Source: Pavona decussata (Eukaryota). Taken from it: a stretch of DNA of 64,000 nucleotides. The notes beneath the pieces were generated by a model that saw only the letters and a program-made list of their open reading frames with translations, made no database searches and was not told the origin of the DNA. Shown one piece after another: positions 35,611-48,129 of this stretch; the stretch's first letter is position 1, and the number at the start of each line of letters is the position of its first letter. Position numbers and translations under genes: made by a program. Where the stretch lies: the NCBI GenBank assembly GCA_977016875.1, contig CDRNST010000188.1:2914001-2978000 (forward strand). Reading direction: 5' to 3'.

Positions 35611-36059
35611 CTAGACAAAGAGAAAAAGTACTTTCAATTATTTTCTCCATATATTTATCTATATTTTTTTGTATTTACCAGCACTGTTGAAATGAAATGT
35701 AGCGTTGAAATTAGTCCCATGTTTTACTCTGTTGGTCAGTTATCTGTAGGTATTAGCCAAAATGTCAATTTAAAAATGACAGTTTAAAGGTTATTCCAAA
35801 CTTTGTGGGTGTTCCGGCCCTAGAAAAAATATTTGCATGCGCGCCGCTTTTACAGAAACCCTAGAAGACTATGTATCACTGTAAAACTAAGAAAAAAGTA
35901 GTATCCGAAAACAACGCTATTTTGAAACATTTTTGCCTTGGTAGGCGAGCGCGAACCCTGAAACGCAAAACTGACAGTGTCCCCCAAAACTGAACGCGAA
36001 TTAAGTCAAATCTACTTAACTGATAGAAAAGAACATGCAATTCCGCTTTTTGTAAATGC

Positions 36060-36350
36060 CCAAATTCTAACAGAAACCTTCTTACGAAGCCGTATCTAAG
36101 TTAATGATCGATGATCACAATAACAGATCACAAATAAACATCACATAAGAATTTTCTAACACTTTAACTTTAAGAACTCAAGACTTCGTGTGCAACAAAA
36201 AACGTTTTCAAATTTTCGACCTGGAATGAGGTACCTAATGATTTAAAAACTTTGTCGAAGAAATCCTTCGAGAAAACAATTAAGAGAAGCATTTATTAGA
36301 CATTCTAAAATACGAAGATTCGCTCATTGAGATTGATGCATTATCATTAT
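36060..36350 (+). mobile_element. Decayed 3' end of a CR1/L2-type LINE
   Basis: Remnant WNEVPNDLKTLSKKSFEKTIK resembles the C-termini of the other LINE ORF2s in the window. Confidence 0.45.
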
Positions 36351-39300
36351 AACTCTAAAACTTAAGCACCATAAGATAAAAAATATCTTATTAATACACA
36401 CCGTTTTCTATTACTCTTTTCTACACTTTTCTTTCTAAAACAATCTACAGTTTTCATTTTATTTCCTCTTTTTTTCATTTTCCTGTCCCCATTTTATGTA
36501 TAAAAATATTCAACATTGATTGGGTCCGTGCACGGTCCGGCCAAATCAATTTTCCATTTTCCTCACTATAATGGAAAATCAACTTTTGCGCATGTTAAGT
36601 GTTTGTAATTTATTTTTAAATAGTAAAATAATATAACATAAACTAACGAAAGAAAATTAGAGTTGATTTTTTATTTTTCCCCTTTTTAACCTCATTTAAA
36701 CTTTTGAATAAAGGAGTTTATTACCAAAAAAGCTTTCTGGACATATTTTTCACTTTTCTATTTTCGACAAAAAATAGAAAATTTTAATAATAATATAAGC
36801 TTGCTTAGTTGTTTTATTTTTCCATTTTCCTATTTTTCAGAAACAAATGTAAAAATGAAATGTTCTCTTAGTTGTCTGTATTATTTCGTTTTTCTGTTTT
36901 TTGAGTTAAAAATAAAAAAAACCAATATCAATTTTCATTTTTCCAATATTTTGGCTTCAATTCAAAAAATGGAAAAATGGCTTTGATTTTGTGTCATCCA
37001 AAATGTGGTAATACAAGGGTATCACGTGACTCGAGGGACTATTCTTCCCGCTACTCTGAAACAGGTATATAACAATGGATGTTCCCCTTTTGAAACAGTT
37101 TGCTCCGTGGAGAGGAAAATAAAAAAGATCTGTCGCTGGAAAAGCGGATCACAGACCAACAAAATTGCATCAGTTGTTAAAGGTGAAGGAAAGTAAAAGA
37201 CAGGCCTGCAGGGACTCCCCATCTTGTTTCTGCGGTCGTCTTGTATTATAACTTTCAAGTTATATTTTTGGTCATACGAGCGTGTCTTAAAGAGATGTTC
37301 CTCTTTTGTATGATATGATTGGAGGTTTTTATAAATTGTTTTATGAATGAATGAATTCTTATATACCGCACATATCACCAAGTCTCATGGCGGTTTACAT
37401 TTCTGTGGGGTGAGATCGGACGTCAGCATGTGAAAGCAGTTTTAAGCAGTGGCTGATTTTTTTTCCAGTGTACGTACGTTCCATCTATATTTTAACTGCT
37501 GGGTGGTACGCCTAGTGTCAAAAGGCAATATCCTCACGTGATCCTTTTCTTACGTGTAAGGGCGGATGGTCTAGAGGCAAAGGTGACCCCTGACAGAGAC
37601 CTTTCTAAGATTACGAAACGTTTGAATGCAGGAAACCACACGACGCACAAGTAAACTGTTCTGAATACGCTTCGTTGTAGGATCTCTTGTAGTAGAAATA
37701 CACATAGCAGACGTCACTTTACGTGCTTTATGTGTAAATAAACCAATCTGATTACAGGGCTGACACTATGGCAAAGGGCTTGTTTATTAAAGGCCCATTT
37801 AAACGGTTTCAACACTTCCTAATTGAACATGCGTTCAACACAGTTGTTGAACCAAATGTCGGAGGCGTTTGAACAGGTCGTTCAAAATTGTTGAAAGCGT
37901 AAAAAAATGTTCCAAGCTTGTTGAAAAAGTTTTGAATCAAATTAAAATTGGTTTAAACTTTCATTCAGCATCGATTAAACCTTTTCTTTCTTCTTGAAAA
38001 TAAGGAATGGCGTTGAAACCGTTTGAACACTCCGATAATCCAACATTTGCCCAACATCCATTCAACTTTTTGTCTGAGAGTGGTCGTCAGCTGTCGCCGA
38101 AAAAAAGGTCTGCATACACCCCCGGAGACCTCGGGTCAAGTCTATGCCAGCACAAATTGGTTGGTTACTGTCCATCTTCCTCATACCTATTCTGCACGGG
38201 AACAACGTATGTTCCGCCTCATACAGTTTCTTGGTGTCATATTTGTTTATTGGTTGCACTGTGTATGAGCTTTACCTTCCCATTTAAGCTCTGAAATGTC
38301 CACTTGATAAACTGTGTTGGCTTTAGAAAACTCGGAGTCAGTTGATGAAATCAGTCTTGTACGTATGAACTGAAGAACCGCTGAAGGCCAAAGCGTATCC
38401 CGACAAGTGAAGCTTTGGTGTAAAGCTCATTGTTCTTTTTTTATTGTTTCAGAGTGAAATTTTCTCAGAACCGTTACCAACATGTCTTTCGATGACACGA
38501 GTGACTCTTCATCTCCCTTTCTTTCCTTGAGATACGCTCGAGAGACGTTGAGGGCCACTTTTTTTTTTGGGGGGGGGGGGGGGGTATTTATTAATTAATT
38601 AATTTATTTATTTATTTTTTAGTATTTTCACTGTTCTTTAGATCAACTAAAGATGTCAAATCACTCTGTGACAGCTCAGGGAAGCAGTCTGCCATTTTCA
38701 TGTAATAGCGTGGTTTCAATTTCACGTGTGCAGAATATTATTCCTAGAAAAACACAGTTGAACAGTATTGCGCATGAGCAGACCATTATTTGTAATGGCA
38801 GGTCACGTAGCTTGCTGTCGACCGATGAAAAGGAAGAATAAAATGCATCGAATTATAATAACATTTAATATAGCCCTAAGATTAGAACAATTGTGATTGT
38901 CTATTCCAGTTCCCAGCATACTTCGAGTTCCTTTTTCTACTCAACTCTGTTTTCCCATCGTATGGTAAGATTTTGGTTCTGATGAAATGTTTTCGGAATT
39001 CTGTTTATTGTGTTATTATGACGTGTGAACTCGCGAATAAGTGTAAGAGGCTGCAGTAACAGTGGCGATACTACTGTTAATAAAAATAGAACGCGCCGTC
39101 TGTGTACATTTAGGCAAACCATCGCTGGTGTACCAAGAAGGACTAGTAGTTCTATAAATGGGCTATTTTGTTCGTCTGCCAACGAAAGCAGGCAACAAGA
39201 TTATCTTGAAATTGTTTCGTTTGATCAAACTAATTAACAAGCATTATTTGAGTTCGCACTGTCCATCAAATTGTAATTGACGCGCCGTTCTTCGTGGCGT

Positions 39301-39514
39301 GATAACTTTTGCCATTTCACTTATCACATATTTGTTTCTCACTCTATTGTTGACATGTTGAGCCTTGTTGACACATTTGAACCAGTTGTATGGCCTCGCT
39401 TGCTACGTCAGTCCCTAATAGCTCAGTGGTAGAGAATCTAACAGGCACCTGGAAGGTCATGGGTTCGACTACCGTTGTGAGGATTTTTTCTTAGTTCATT
39501 AGACTAAAGAATGT

Positions 39515-40940
39515 TAGACTGTTCACAGTCCCCTATTTTTCCGTGTGATCGTCGAGATCGAGCGCGTTTTACAGTTAATGGCGGCCATCTTGACTTTCAG
39601 TCGTACCGAGTCTAACCTGGGGAGGAGTATCAAGTCTACTTAGGGGGCGGGGGACGGTTTGGGAGGAGGAGAGAAAAATAGAGGGACTGTAATAACATCA
39701 CTATCACTGCGACTTGCGTTCAGGGGGCGTGACAGGAATTTGACGCCTATCCCCATTCAACAAACTCCGCCTCTGATAAAAAAAACATGCCAAATAAAAA
39801 TACACAAATGTACATTTGATACATGAATGTTGCGTGATCAAAACATCACCGTTTTCCAATGGAGGCGGTGAACACGCTTTCTTCTACACCCAAAAAACCG
39901 GTTAAACCATCAGCTAAGAAGCCAGATATTTCTAATACGTGTCGTCTTTGTTACGTTGATTTTTGTCACGGAGAATTTGTTTAAAATACCGCAGAAATCG
40001 GGAGTTACAGCACTCCCCTAGCCGAGCTGGTTGGAAAGCATGTCGGAGTAGAAATCCCGCAAGATACGAAGAAGTCTTCCCGTGTTTGCGCAAAATGTGC
40101 CCTGAAAATTTGAAATGCCAGTACCATATGCGAATTTATAAAGGCAGCATTGGATTCTGAAAACACCTCTTACGATCAGCACCACGATAGGCGACAACGA
40201 CTTCTTGAGTTCGGAGGAGTCGTTCTTTAGCAAACTGAGAAATTCGCTCGATAAAGCTTGCTCAGCGGAGGCATAGATTAATTTGTATTTGTTGCTTTTA
40301 ATGTCCTTTAAGGCTTCGCTCGATTTCTCGAAACCTTTAGCTGTCATGCCAAAATCGTTGTAGTGTACTTGCTGTTTTACGATGCTGCGAAGCGGGACGA
40401 TAACTAAACAACACGGATCAGTGACGCAGCCCTCCATTTCTTTTGCAATGACAAAGCTTTGATATATTAAGCTCTTCCCGAAGCCAGTAGGTAGTATAGC
40501 AAACACATCTTTGCCATGCAGTAAACTTTTCAACGCTTCTTCTTGTTTGTCCTTCAAAACTAAACCTCCAAGGCGCTCAGTTTATCTGCATGAAAACGAA
40601 ACATCTGAAATTGATCCCCCGCGCGCGAGAGCCATTTTTAGAACTGTCGACTTGTCAACAGCTTGTCAGTTTCAGCCAAACTTGTTGTCAACGCAGATTA
40701 ACCTCTATTGTCTAATGACCAATCAGATGGCTACGTTGCTGAAGCAGCGCGCTCCTTGAACGCGAGTTGCAGTGATGTTGGCACAGTCCCTCTATTTTTT
40801 CTCGCCCCCCACCCCCTTGAGCTATAATCCCCGACGCCCGCCCCCTCGGTACATTTAAAAATCAAGATGGCCGCCATTAACGGTAAGACGCGCTCGATCT
40901 CGACGATCACACGGAAAAATAGGGGACTGTGAACAGTCTA
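39515..40940. mobile_element. Internally deleted AcademH DNA transposon
   Basis: TIRs TAGACTGTTCACAGTCCCC...GGGGACTGTGAACAGTCTA, perfect 9-bp TSD AAAGAATGT, convergent helicase and Cys-rich remnants. Confidence 0.9.
40180..40560 (-). pseudogene. RecQ-like SF2 helicase N-terminal fragment (AcademH ORF)
   Basis: KQEEAL..GKDVFAILPTGFGKSLIYQ (motif I), LVIVPL and LIYASAE; truncated at the DExH position. Confidence 0.85.
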
Positions 40941-42253
40941 AAAGAATGTTTCTTTATTTTTATTTTTCATTTATGCAAGTTGGCATTCACTTCCAATATG
41001 TAAATTTGTCACTCTATTGTTGACATATTGAGCCTTGCAGTGCTGGCAGGCGAGTGACCTCCTGGCAGACGTCTCGTATTCTCATTAAGAGAAAAGAAGA
41101 GACATCTGCGGAACACCGCAGTATCCTGCTGTGCGAGTTTTTAAAAACGCATAAATAATAATGTATTCCTTTCAGTAAGTGTGTTTAGTTTATTTTTACT
41201 TGAAAGACCGTTCTATCGGCAAAGCAAGTATCTTCTTGCATGGTCGGACCGGTCTAGGATCGCAGGTCCTCCTGGAGTAACACCAATTTTTCTCACAGAA
41301 TTCCTTTGGCCGGAATAAAACGTAACGTTGCTTGAATTGTGTCAATACATCTTCCTCTCTTAGACTAGCCAGGAGCTGTGGCCTTCGTACGTATTTTTCA
41401 CTAAGTTTAATTTTTCTTCTTCAGCACACGTTAGTTTTTTTCTTCGGCCAACATGTCACGGGCACCCAGCGAGACTGAATTGAGACAATAAATCTAAAAT
41501 AAAGTTGGCCGGTTCTCCCTTTTTCTATTTATTGCGATCGTCTTTGGGCCTTTTTCGAGATATTTGCAGTGTGATAACGAAAAGAGTGTGTTCTGTTTGG
41601 ATGCTTTCAAGTGGTAGATCAGAAACACTGAATTCAGAGGAGTGAAATTTCATTTCCCCATCACAAATTGCTACCTTCTGCCGCTAGTTTTAGCAGACTC
41701 TCGCTTTTTTCGTCGCTAAAATATAAAAGTAATAAAAACGAAGAAAAAAGACAGTCTTTGCCGCCGTGCGTGTTTAAGGTGGAGTGTTATACCGGAGAAA
41801 CTTTGCAAGGCAGACTGTTTCCTGCGAAGATTTGAAACGATCAAGGCACTCGAAAGAGATATTCCGTCGAATTGAGCAGTTGGTTACCATTAACAACAAT
41901 TACTTTTCCTGTTTTTAAGAAGTATACAAGTTTTGTTATTGTGTGTTATCAGAAGGCTATGAAAAGCGATTCCACTTTTCAAATAAGACGGAATAATCCA
42001 GTTGAAATCGAGAATACTTTTTGTCGTTAAATTTCCACTGAAAGTTACAGTCATTTTGCTGTACGTAGTCTTAACTTTTAGTCAGAGCGGTAACTAGAAT
42101 TTCTTACTGAACAACAATAACACAGGAAGTTAAAATTGCCAATACATGGAACACTGATATACGGAAGTAAGAAAAACCTGAATACGACGAAGGTTAAATT
42201 AATGCCATAAAGATGAACCAGCTAGACAAAGATATGTAAGCTTATCTACTTAC

Positions 42254-42287
42254 AGTTGAAGGCTGCTTTAGCACCATGAAATAAACC
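42254..42287 (-). CDS. Host gene exon 2 (GLFHGAKAAFN)
   Basis: TTCCTTTTCGCAG acceptor in phase 0, T|GTAAGT donor in phase 1. Ends the signal peptide (A-K-A). Confidence 0.75.
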
Positions 42288-42399
42288 CTGCGAAAAGGAA
42301 AAATAATGTCTGACTCAGTATAAACTGACAATTCAATGAAAAATCTACCAGAGAAAACATTTGTAAGTCAGTGTAGACTGAAGACCCGGATGCACTAAC

Positions 42400-42453
42400 C
42401 TGTATCGCGATGAAAACAATTGAAGGAAACAATGACAACATCGCCAACTTCAT
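42400..42453 (-). CDS. Host gene first coding exon, signal peptide MKLAMLSLFPSIVFIAIQ
   Basis: ATG, basic residue, hydrophobic core, CAG|GTTAGT donor. Confidence 0.75.
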
Positions 42454-43627
42454 TTTCTCGCCTTAAAATCCAACAATAACTGAAGGCGAAGGCAAGACTG
42501 GTAGGGCAACATAACAGCAAGGTGTCAAATCAGACTGTCCCATCAACTGATCTGACTGAAACAAAATTCCCCTTTGCAGATTAAACAAACGAGTGTCGGC
42601 CAATAAGCATGAAGTTAAGAACACCCAAATTACCTCCATGCAGACAACGCTATTTTTTTATTTCACCCTTTAGACCCTTTTCATTTGACTATGTGAGAAG
42701 CGAAAGAAAAAATAAAAAGTGAGAAGGCCCGAAACAATTGCATGAAAAACAAGAGAGCGTTTTATATTGAACAAAAGAAAATTGCTACAACCAAGCGTTT
42801 TGGGGTGGATGCTTCCCTTTATGTTTCTCACCACCAAATGACAGCTGATTCAAAGCTATTACTGAACTAATTTATGGATGTTGAATTAAGCGAGGAGTCT
42901 AGTCGGGGTTTTGTCGAAGCCTTCCTCTCGAAAATAAATTTAACGTACGGTATCAACCTCACATTGCACAGTTAACAACACAGCTAGGCCGGCTTGAGAT
43001 CTGATGTGGAAACGACGATTTATGGTCGATAGGGACTGGGGAGAATTTCGCCGCCTGAAAGTGACAAAACATCAAGTGATTCTCGTTCATCGCGGTAATT
43101 AAAATTCTGATGTAGGCCAGAAAACAAAGATTCATTGACAGTGCTGAAAAGAGCACCTTAAAATTAGGGAAAAGGCCAAGTTTTAGATTCTTTTCGGTTG
43201 GTTAATTCTCAGAAAGAAACTTGAAACCGATTGCACACCGTTCTCCTCCTACTCTCTCACTTCGTCTGCCGCCACTAATGTGACATTGAATTGAAACAGT
43301 GACTATATAACATAGGCGAGAGAAGCTATCCCTTTTATCACGGTTCGGTTCCTAAACAAAGGAAGATGACCCACGAAAAAGGGAAAACAAAACGGTAGTG
43401 TTTCAAGAGCCTCCGGTTGCAACGATCGCCGGCTAGCAGTATTGTCATTAACTGTAATATCTTACCTATTGCAAATTGCAATAATACGTTATGGTGTTTT
43501 GTAATAAGCAGAGCCGTCGTAAATTGCAATAACATATTGTCGTGTTTTGTAATAATTCTTAAAAAATGACGGCTGACGATAAATGTAATTTTAATGACAA
43601 GAAGTTCTCGTTAATAAGCCGTATTAG

Positions 43628-43847
43628 TATACTGCTATTTCAATTAACGTTCTCGGATATTAAAACCTCAAGCTTAATCGACAACACTGAAAGGTAATAT
43701 AGGTAGCTTTAAAAACCTTCACAATTCAGTTGTAATTTCGTGTGAAATTAATTGTGAACGTTAAAAGCTACCTATCCTACCTTTCGGTGTTGTTGGGTAA
43801 GCTTGAGGTTTTAATATCCGACGACGTAAACTGAAAGAGCTGTATAC
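43628..43847. mobile_element. Palindromic MITE
   Basis: GTATAC..TCGGATATTAAAACCTCAAGCTTA ... TAAGCTTGAGGTTTTAATATCCGA..GTATAC inverted arms. Confidence 0.7.
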
Positions 43848-43886
43848 CACACAAGTGAATACAGTGTAGTGCGTTTCGCACGCGCT

Positions 43887-43919
<33 letters not shown>

Positions 43920-46710
43920 AAGAGACTGCCAAGTACTATTCACCTCCGAGCAGCAGAAGAGAATCGAGATGGCTTGCCGTTTCGCCACGGTCAACAAAGA
44001 GGAAATTATTTCGATATACGAGGCGGCTGTCACAAAAAAAATACCAAATTGTCCAAAAAAGTACGGCTTGACGGGATTAAGGTTACTTATAGGGAAGGAA
44101 GGTCGAATTTTTCTCAAATAAATTTTTTTAGATAATTGTTGAAACAAGAAAGGGATGCAAAGTTTCGTGAAAACAGCCGTTAGAACTCTTAAACAGAACG
44201 CGAGCTATCTGAAAAACAAAGTTTTGTAGGAAAAGTGGTGAGCGAGTGAAGGTGTCATAATCCAATTTATGCAGGACTGTGCTGAGATATTACGCGGCAA
44301 AATTTACCCGCGATCTCGAATTACCGGCAAATTTGCATATTTTTGTCTACATCGTGTTCATCGCATGTCACGGCGTTGTATGTAAAATTTTACTGTGAAA
44401 CAGCGTTCCATTTTGGATTCAAGCATTGCATAAAAGGCTGTTTTGAAGAAAGTGAAACTAGAAAAGTCGCCTTGGGTGACAGTTAAGAAAAAACCGGGCC
44501 CAAAGAAGGTCGAAAAATCATTTGACGAAGCCAAAAAACTTCAGCTGGCGGAGAGCGATAAGGGTTCTTGGTACAACCAGTCAGATTTTCTATAACTGCC
44601 TCGGCAGTAGAGAAATTCGAGGACGAGAAATCGGATATTGGAGAGTCGAACTTCAGTTCGGAGTCCGAAATCGAAGATGCCGGCGACAATCCAGCCACTT
44701 TCGCCGTTGTTGACCGGCTGAAAATAAGCAGCGAACCTCAGCGCGCAGCCCCGTGTACTGATAGCGGTGAGAAGTGCGTGTCTCGTGTCAACTCCGCTGT
44801 GGCTGCCAGTTTCATGTTCTGCGTCTATCTGCCGTTTTCTTCTTTGTTTTGGTTTCGCCGGTGGCTTTCGCGCGCCAGACTTAACTTTTCCCATAAAGAA
44901 ATCGCTTTACAATATTACAGTAACACTTACTGCTTACAGAATTCCCAAGGGAATGCTTCTTTGTGTTTGATTGGCCGGCGGCGCGAGCGCGTTGACAAGT
45001 ATTTTAATGAGGTGCGAAAACTCGGAAAATGTTTCAAGGCCGAAAACACGGCTTTTGTTTTTGCGCGAATTCCCCATCTTCAAATGAATTAATAGGGTAT
45101 GTAGATTTGCCAGATTTCAACGAAATTTGGCCAAAATGGTCATTAGATATTAATGCATCAAAGTGTGTGAGGCTTTTACGAAATTCAAAATATTTTTCCC
45201 GTGACGTGTTAACATCTGACCGGACTACAAAAATTTTCCATCATCCATCTTTAGGATGCGTTTTCTACGGAGTTCATTTTAAAGTGCCATGAAATTACAC
45301 TTTTAATTTCAAATCTCCTCCGAAGTTTTTATAAGGAAAAAACCCCGTCTAACCATTTATTTGTTTTGCACCCTTAAGGGATCATAATAATTTGAGTCTG
45401 AACCATTCTCCAGATTCTGTATCATACACTAGGTATAGTAGACTACGAGCAGGCCCTGTTTTAGCACATTCCGCCGACATGTTTCTCTCGTTTAACTATT
45501 CCTTAAGTGAAAAGAGGGACTCCTTGTTGTCTGTCAAAACAATAAACAAATAAAGAGGTGTGAGAATGTCCACCATCTCAAATTATGATGTCCCAGACTA
45601 TGTTTACTTAATTTGCTTCAAGAGACGACAGTTTACTTCTGATGGAGTTTTTTTCGTAATCTAGAGAATTATTTGGCTACACAGGTACGCACATTTTTGA
45701 GGAGCAGAGGGCTGCATGAATCCGTTATATTGAGATTTCAAGTTGAGAAGGTATTGATTAGAAATATTAGATTAAGTTTGTAGTGATTGAAACTAGAATG
45801 GAAAAACAAGAAAAAGTATTGCATGCTTGACCAATAGAAGTTTTTTAGGTTGTGGCCACCATTCTGAAAGTAGTGGAAATCTGGTGTAAAATACAGTGTT
45901 TCTATGGGAATTCTGATTGTCAAAATGCTCCAATAAAATTCGATGTCTGAAACCTTAACTGTCAACAAGCTTAAGGCATCATGTAAAAGTTTTTATTACT
46001 GTACATTTTGAGGGTGGTAAATGTGCTGGAAAGCTAATTTTTGCTGATTTCTGTTTAAAATTTTCTGCAACTACAACCTTCTTTAGCCTAGCTACATCTA
46101 TCAAAATTGGAGAAACACAATCTTTTCCTGGGTTCCTGAAGTTTCTCCTTTTATCTTGCACCATGTATTTGTTGCCCTAGGTTAACTGGGGTGCAATAAT
46201 AGGCAAATATATTAGCTAATATTGTTTACAAATGAAAAGAGAAAGCTCCTTATGTTGTGCCATGACATAAGCCTCCTTCAGCACCATCCCTTCCATGCCA
46301 ACCATCTGTTATGCTTTTGTATTCCCGAATACAAATTAACACATTGACAATGGCTGTACAAATTACAACTCTGGTTTATTCATTAGATCGAGGCAATACC
46401 GCGCGAGCACGTGCTCTTATGAAGACTGGTAACTAGTATTTCACAACACCATCAGCTCCTCTTTTTAAACAATTAATCAGCTCACGAATATCTCGTAGGC
46501 CTAAAAGCAGGGCATGGCTTTTAAAAGCACCATAAATCCTGTGTTCCATTGACCCTTTCCACACACGCACAGACACACATGAAACAGACTCACAATCACC
46601 CACACCCACGCTAATTTGGGCTATTGTCTGGATCGATGTTTTAAATCCTGGCAGTTTTAAACTTAGTATGCCGTTACAATCTTATTTATTTCGTTGTCAT
46701 ATTTTTCACA

Positions 46711-47160
46711 GATGGACATTTCAGCTGTTGCGCATGCAAGCGATGACTTTCTTCTACAACTTGGCCTTGAACAGGCTGGAGACCGATTGAGTTTGAAAGC
46801 TTTTTGTGCTAGAGAGTGTGAGACAAGTGATAAATCCGGGGAAGGTAAAGAATTCAAAGAAAAGAAAAGGACCCTACTAGAATCCTCTCTCCGCAAGAAG
46901 GGCAAGAAACCAAAAACAGCAGGTGATCTTTCATCCAAGAAGGCAGTTGAAAAGTCACGCAAAATTGAGCTGGGATGGAAACACTTTAAAAGTCATGCAC
47001 AAGGATTTGTTCTTGTCCCACTGGCTAAAGGAGGAGGGACCCGAACAATCTCTATGCCTGCAACATCGAACCGGCTAGATTTAATACAAGAGGGGGAAAG
47101 CATTGTTCTTCCCAAAAGGTGAAAGCATTTTTGGACGGGTGGAGGACATGTCGTTCTCAC
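46711..47160 (+). pseudogene. Partner-ORF fragment of the IS3EU-like element (SAM-like LG...GDRLSL, then RKIELGW...GGGTR)
   Basis: Motif recognition; converges on the integrase gene; frameshifted. Confidence 0.5.
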
Positions 47161-47572
47161 TCGCCAATTTGACATTGCAGTTAACTTTCGGTAAATAAAA
47201 ATGTTTGAAAATCGAAGCTTGTGGTTCTGACACAATTTCAACAATTTATTATGTATCCTTTACATCTGTTGGCCCCCTGAAGAAGACATCAACGTAGTTG
47301 CCACGTTATATATAAGTGATTATTGACTTTAAAAGTCACTTTGCAGAGCGGTGTTGCTTTATTTATTAGGCAACGACTTGAACGTTATTCTATGCCATCA
47401 GAATCTAGCGACTTCACAATACGATGAACAGACTCGTGATCAACAGTAAAACCATAATGGGTTGGGCCGCAGGCCAATTGCCCACACTTGCAACACTGTT
47501 TTAGAGATGCCATCAACGTATCAGTCTTTTCCTGAATTCAGAGAGGAATTCAACACTATTCTCTCCTCAGAA

Positions 47573-47943
47573 AATAGACACTTCTCCAAAATGGCGGCCG
47601 AAAATTCAAATAAAATAAAATGAAAAACGTATACCAGCACTAGAAAGAGCGCTTTTACTTTAGTAACCCTGCAAAGTTTCGGCATATCACGTGTAGTATC
47701 AGCTGAGAAAACGTAAGTTGAAAGTGAAAAACTTACATGACATGACACCCCCAGTCTTACAAACGTCTGTAAATTTGTCAAATTTCATTTTACAGTTCCT
47801 AAGCTGATATAACACCTAATATGCTGAAACTTTGCAAGGTTGCTAAAGTAAAGGTGCTCTTTCCAGTGATGGTATCAGTTTGTCATTCAGTGTAATTTTA
47901 ACTCATTCAAATCTGTTGCTGCTATTTTGGAGAAGGGTCTATT
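47573..47943. mobile_element. MITE with AATAGAC...GTCTATT termini
   Basis: TIRs AATAGACACTTCTCCAAAATGGC / GCTATTTTGGAGAAGGGTCTATT plus internal inverted segments. Confidence 0.75.
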
Positions 47944-48129
47944 AAGAGATTAACATTGAAAAGTAATGAACTGTGAAATAACTTGACTGATTTTCTAAAA
48001 CGTGAACAGTCTTCAACTTACGGAATCAGAACAAAATCGAAGCGGCAAAAGGGCTTGAAATTCAAACTGATCTACCGTGTTACGTGCCCATTTATTACAC
48101 GGCGTATGCCACAGGCCTCTTAGATTTTT

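Larger units (their letters stand above)
39340..41036 (+). mobile_element. tRNA-related SINE-like unit with flanking direct repeat, split by AcademH
   Basis: TAGCTCAGTGGTAGAG and GGTTCGACT boxes at ~39418-39470. TCACTCTATTGTTGACA.(G/A)TTGAGCCTTG is repeated at ~39340 and ~41009. Confidence 0.55.

Noticed and set aside
39412-39480. tRNA gene (also 17640-17716 and ~60120-60185)
   Set aside because: A/B boxes are present but there is no complete cloverleaf, and SINE bodies follow.
40018-40557. Host RecQ/WRN/BLM helicase gene
   Set aside because: Truncated before DExH and enclosed by Academ TIRs and a 9-bp TSD.
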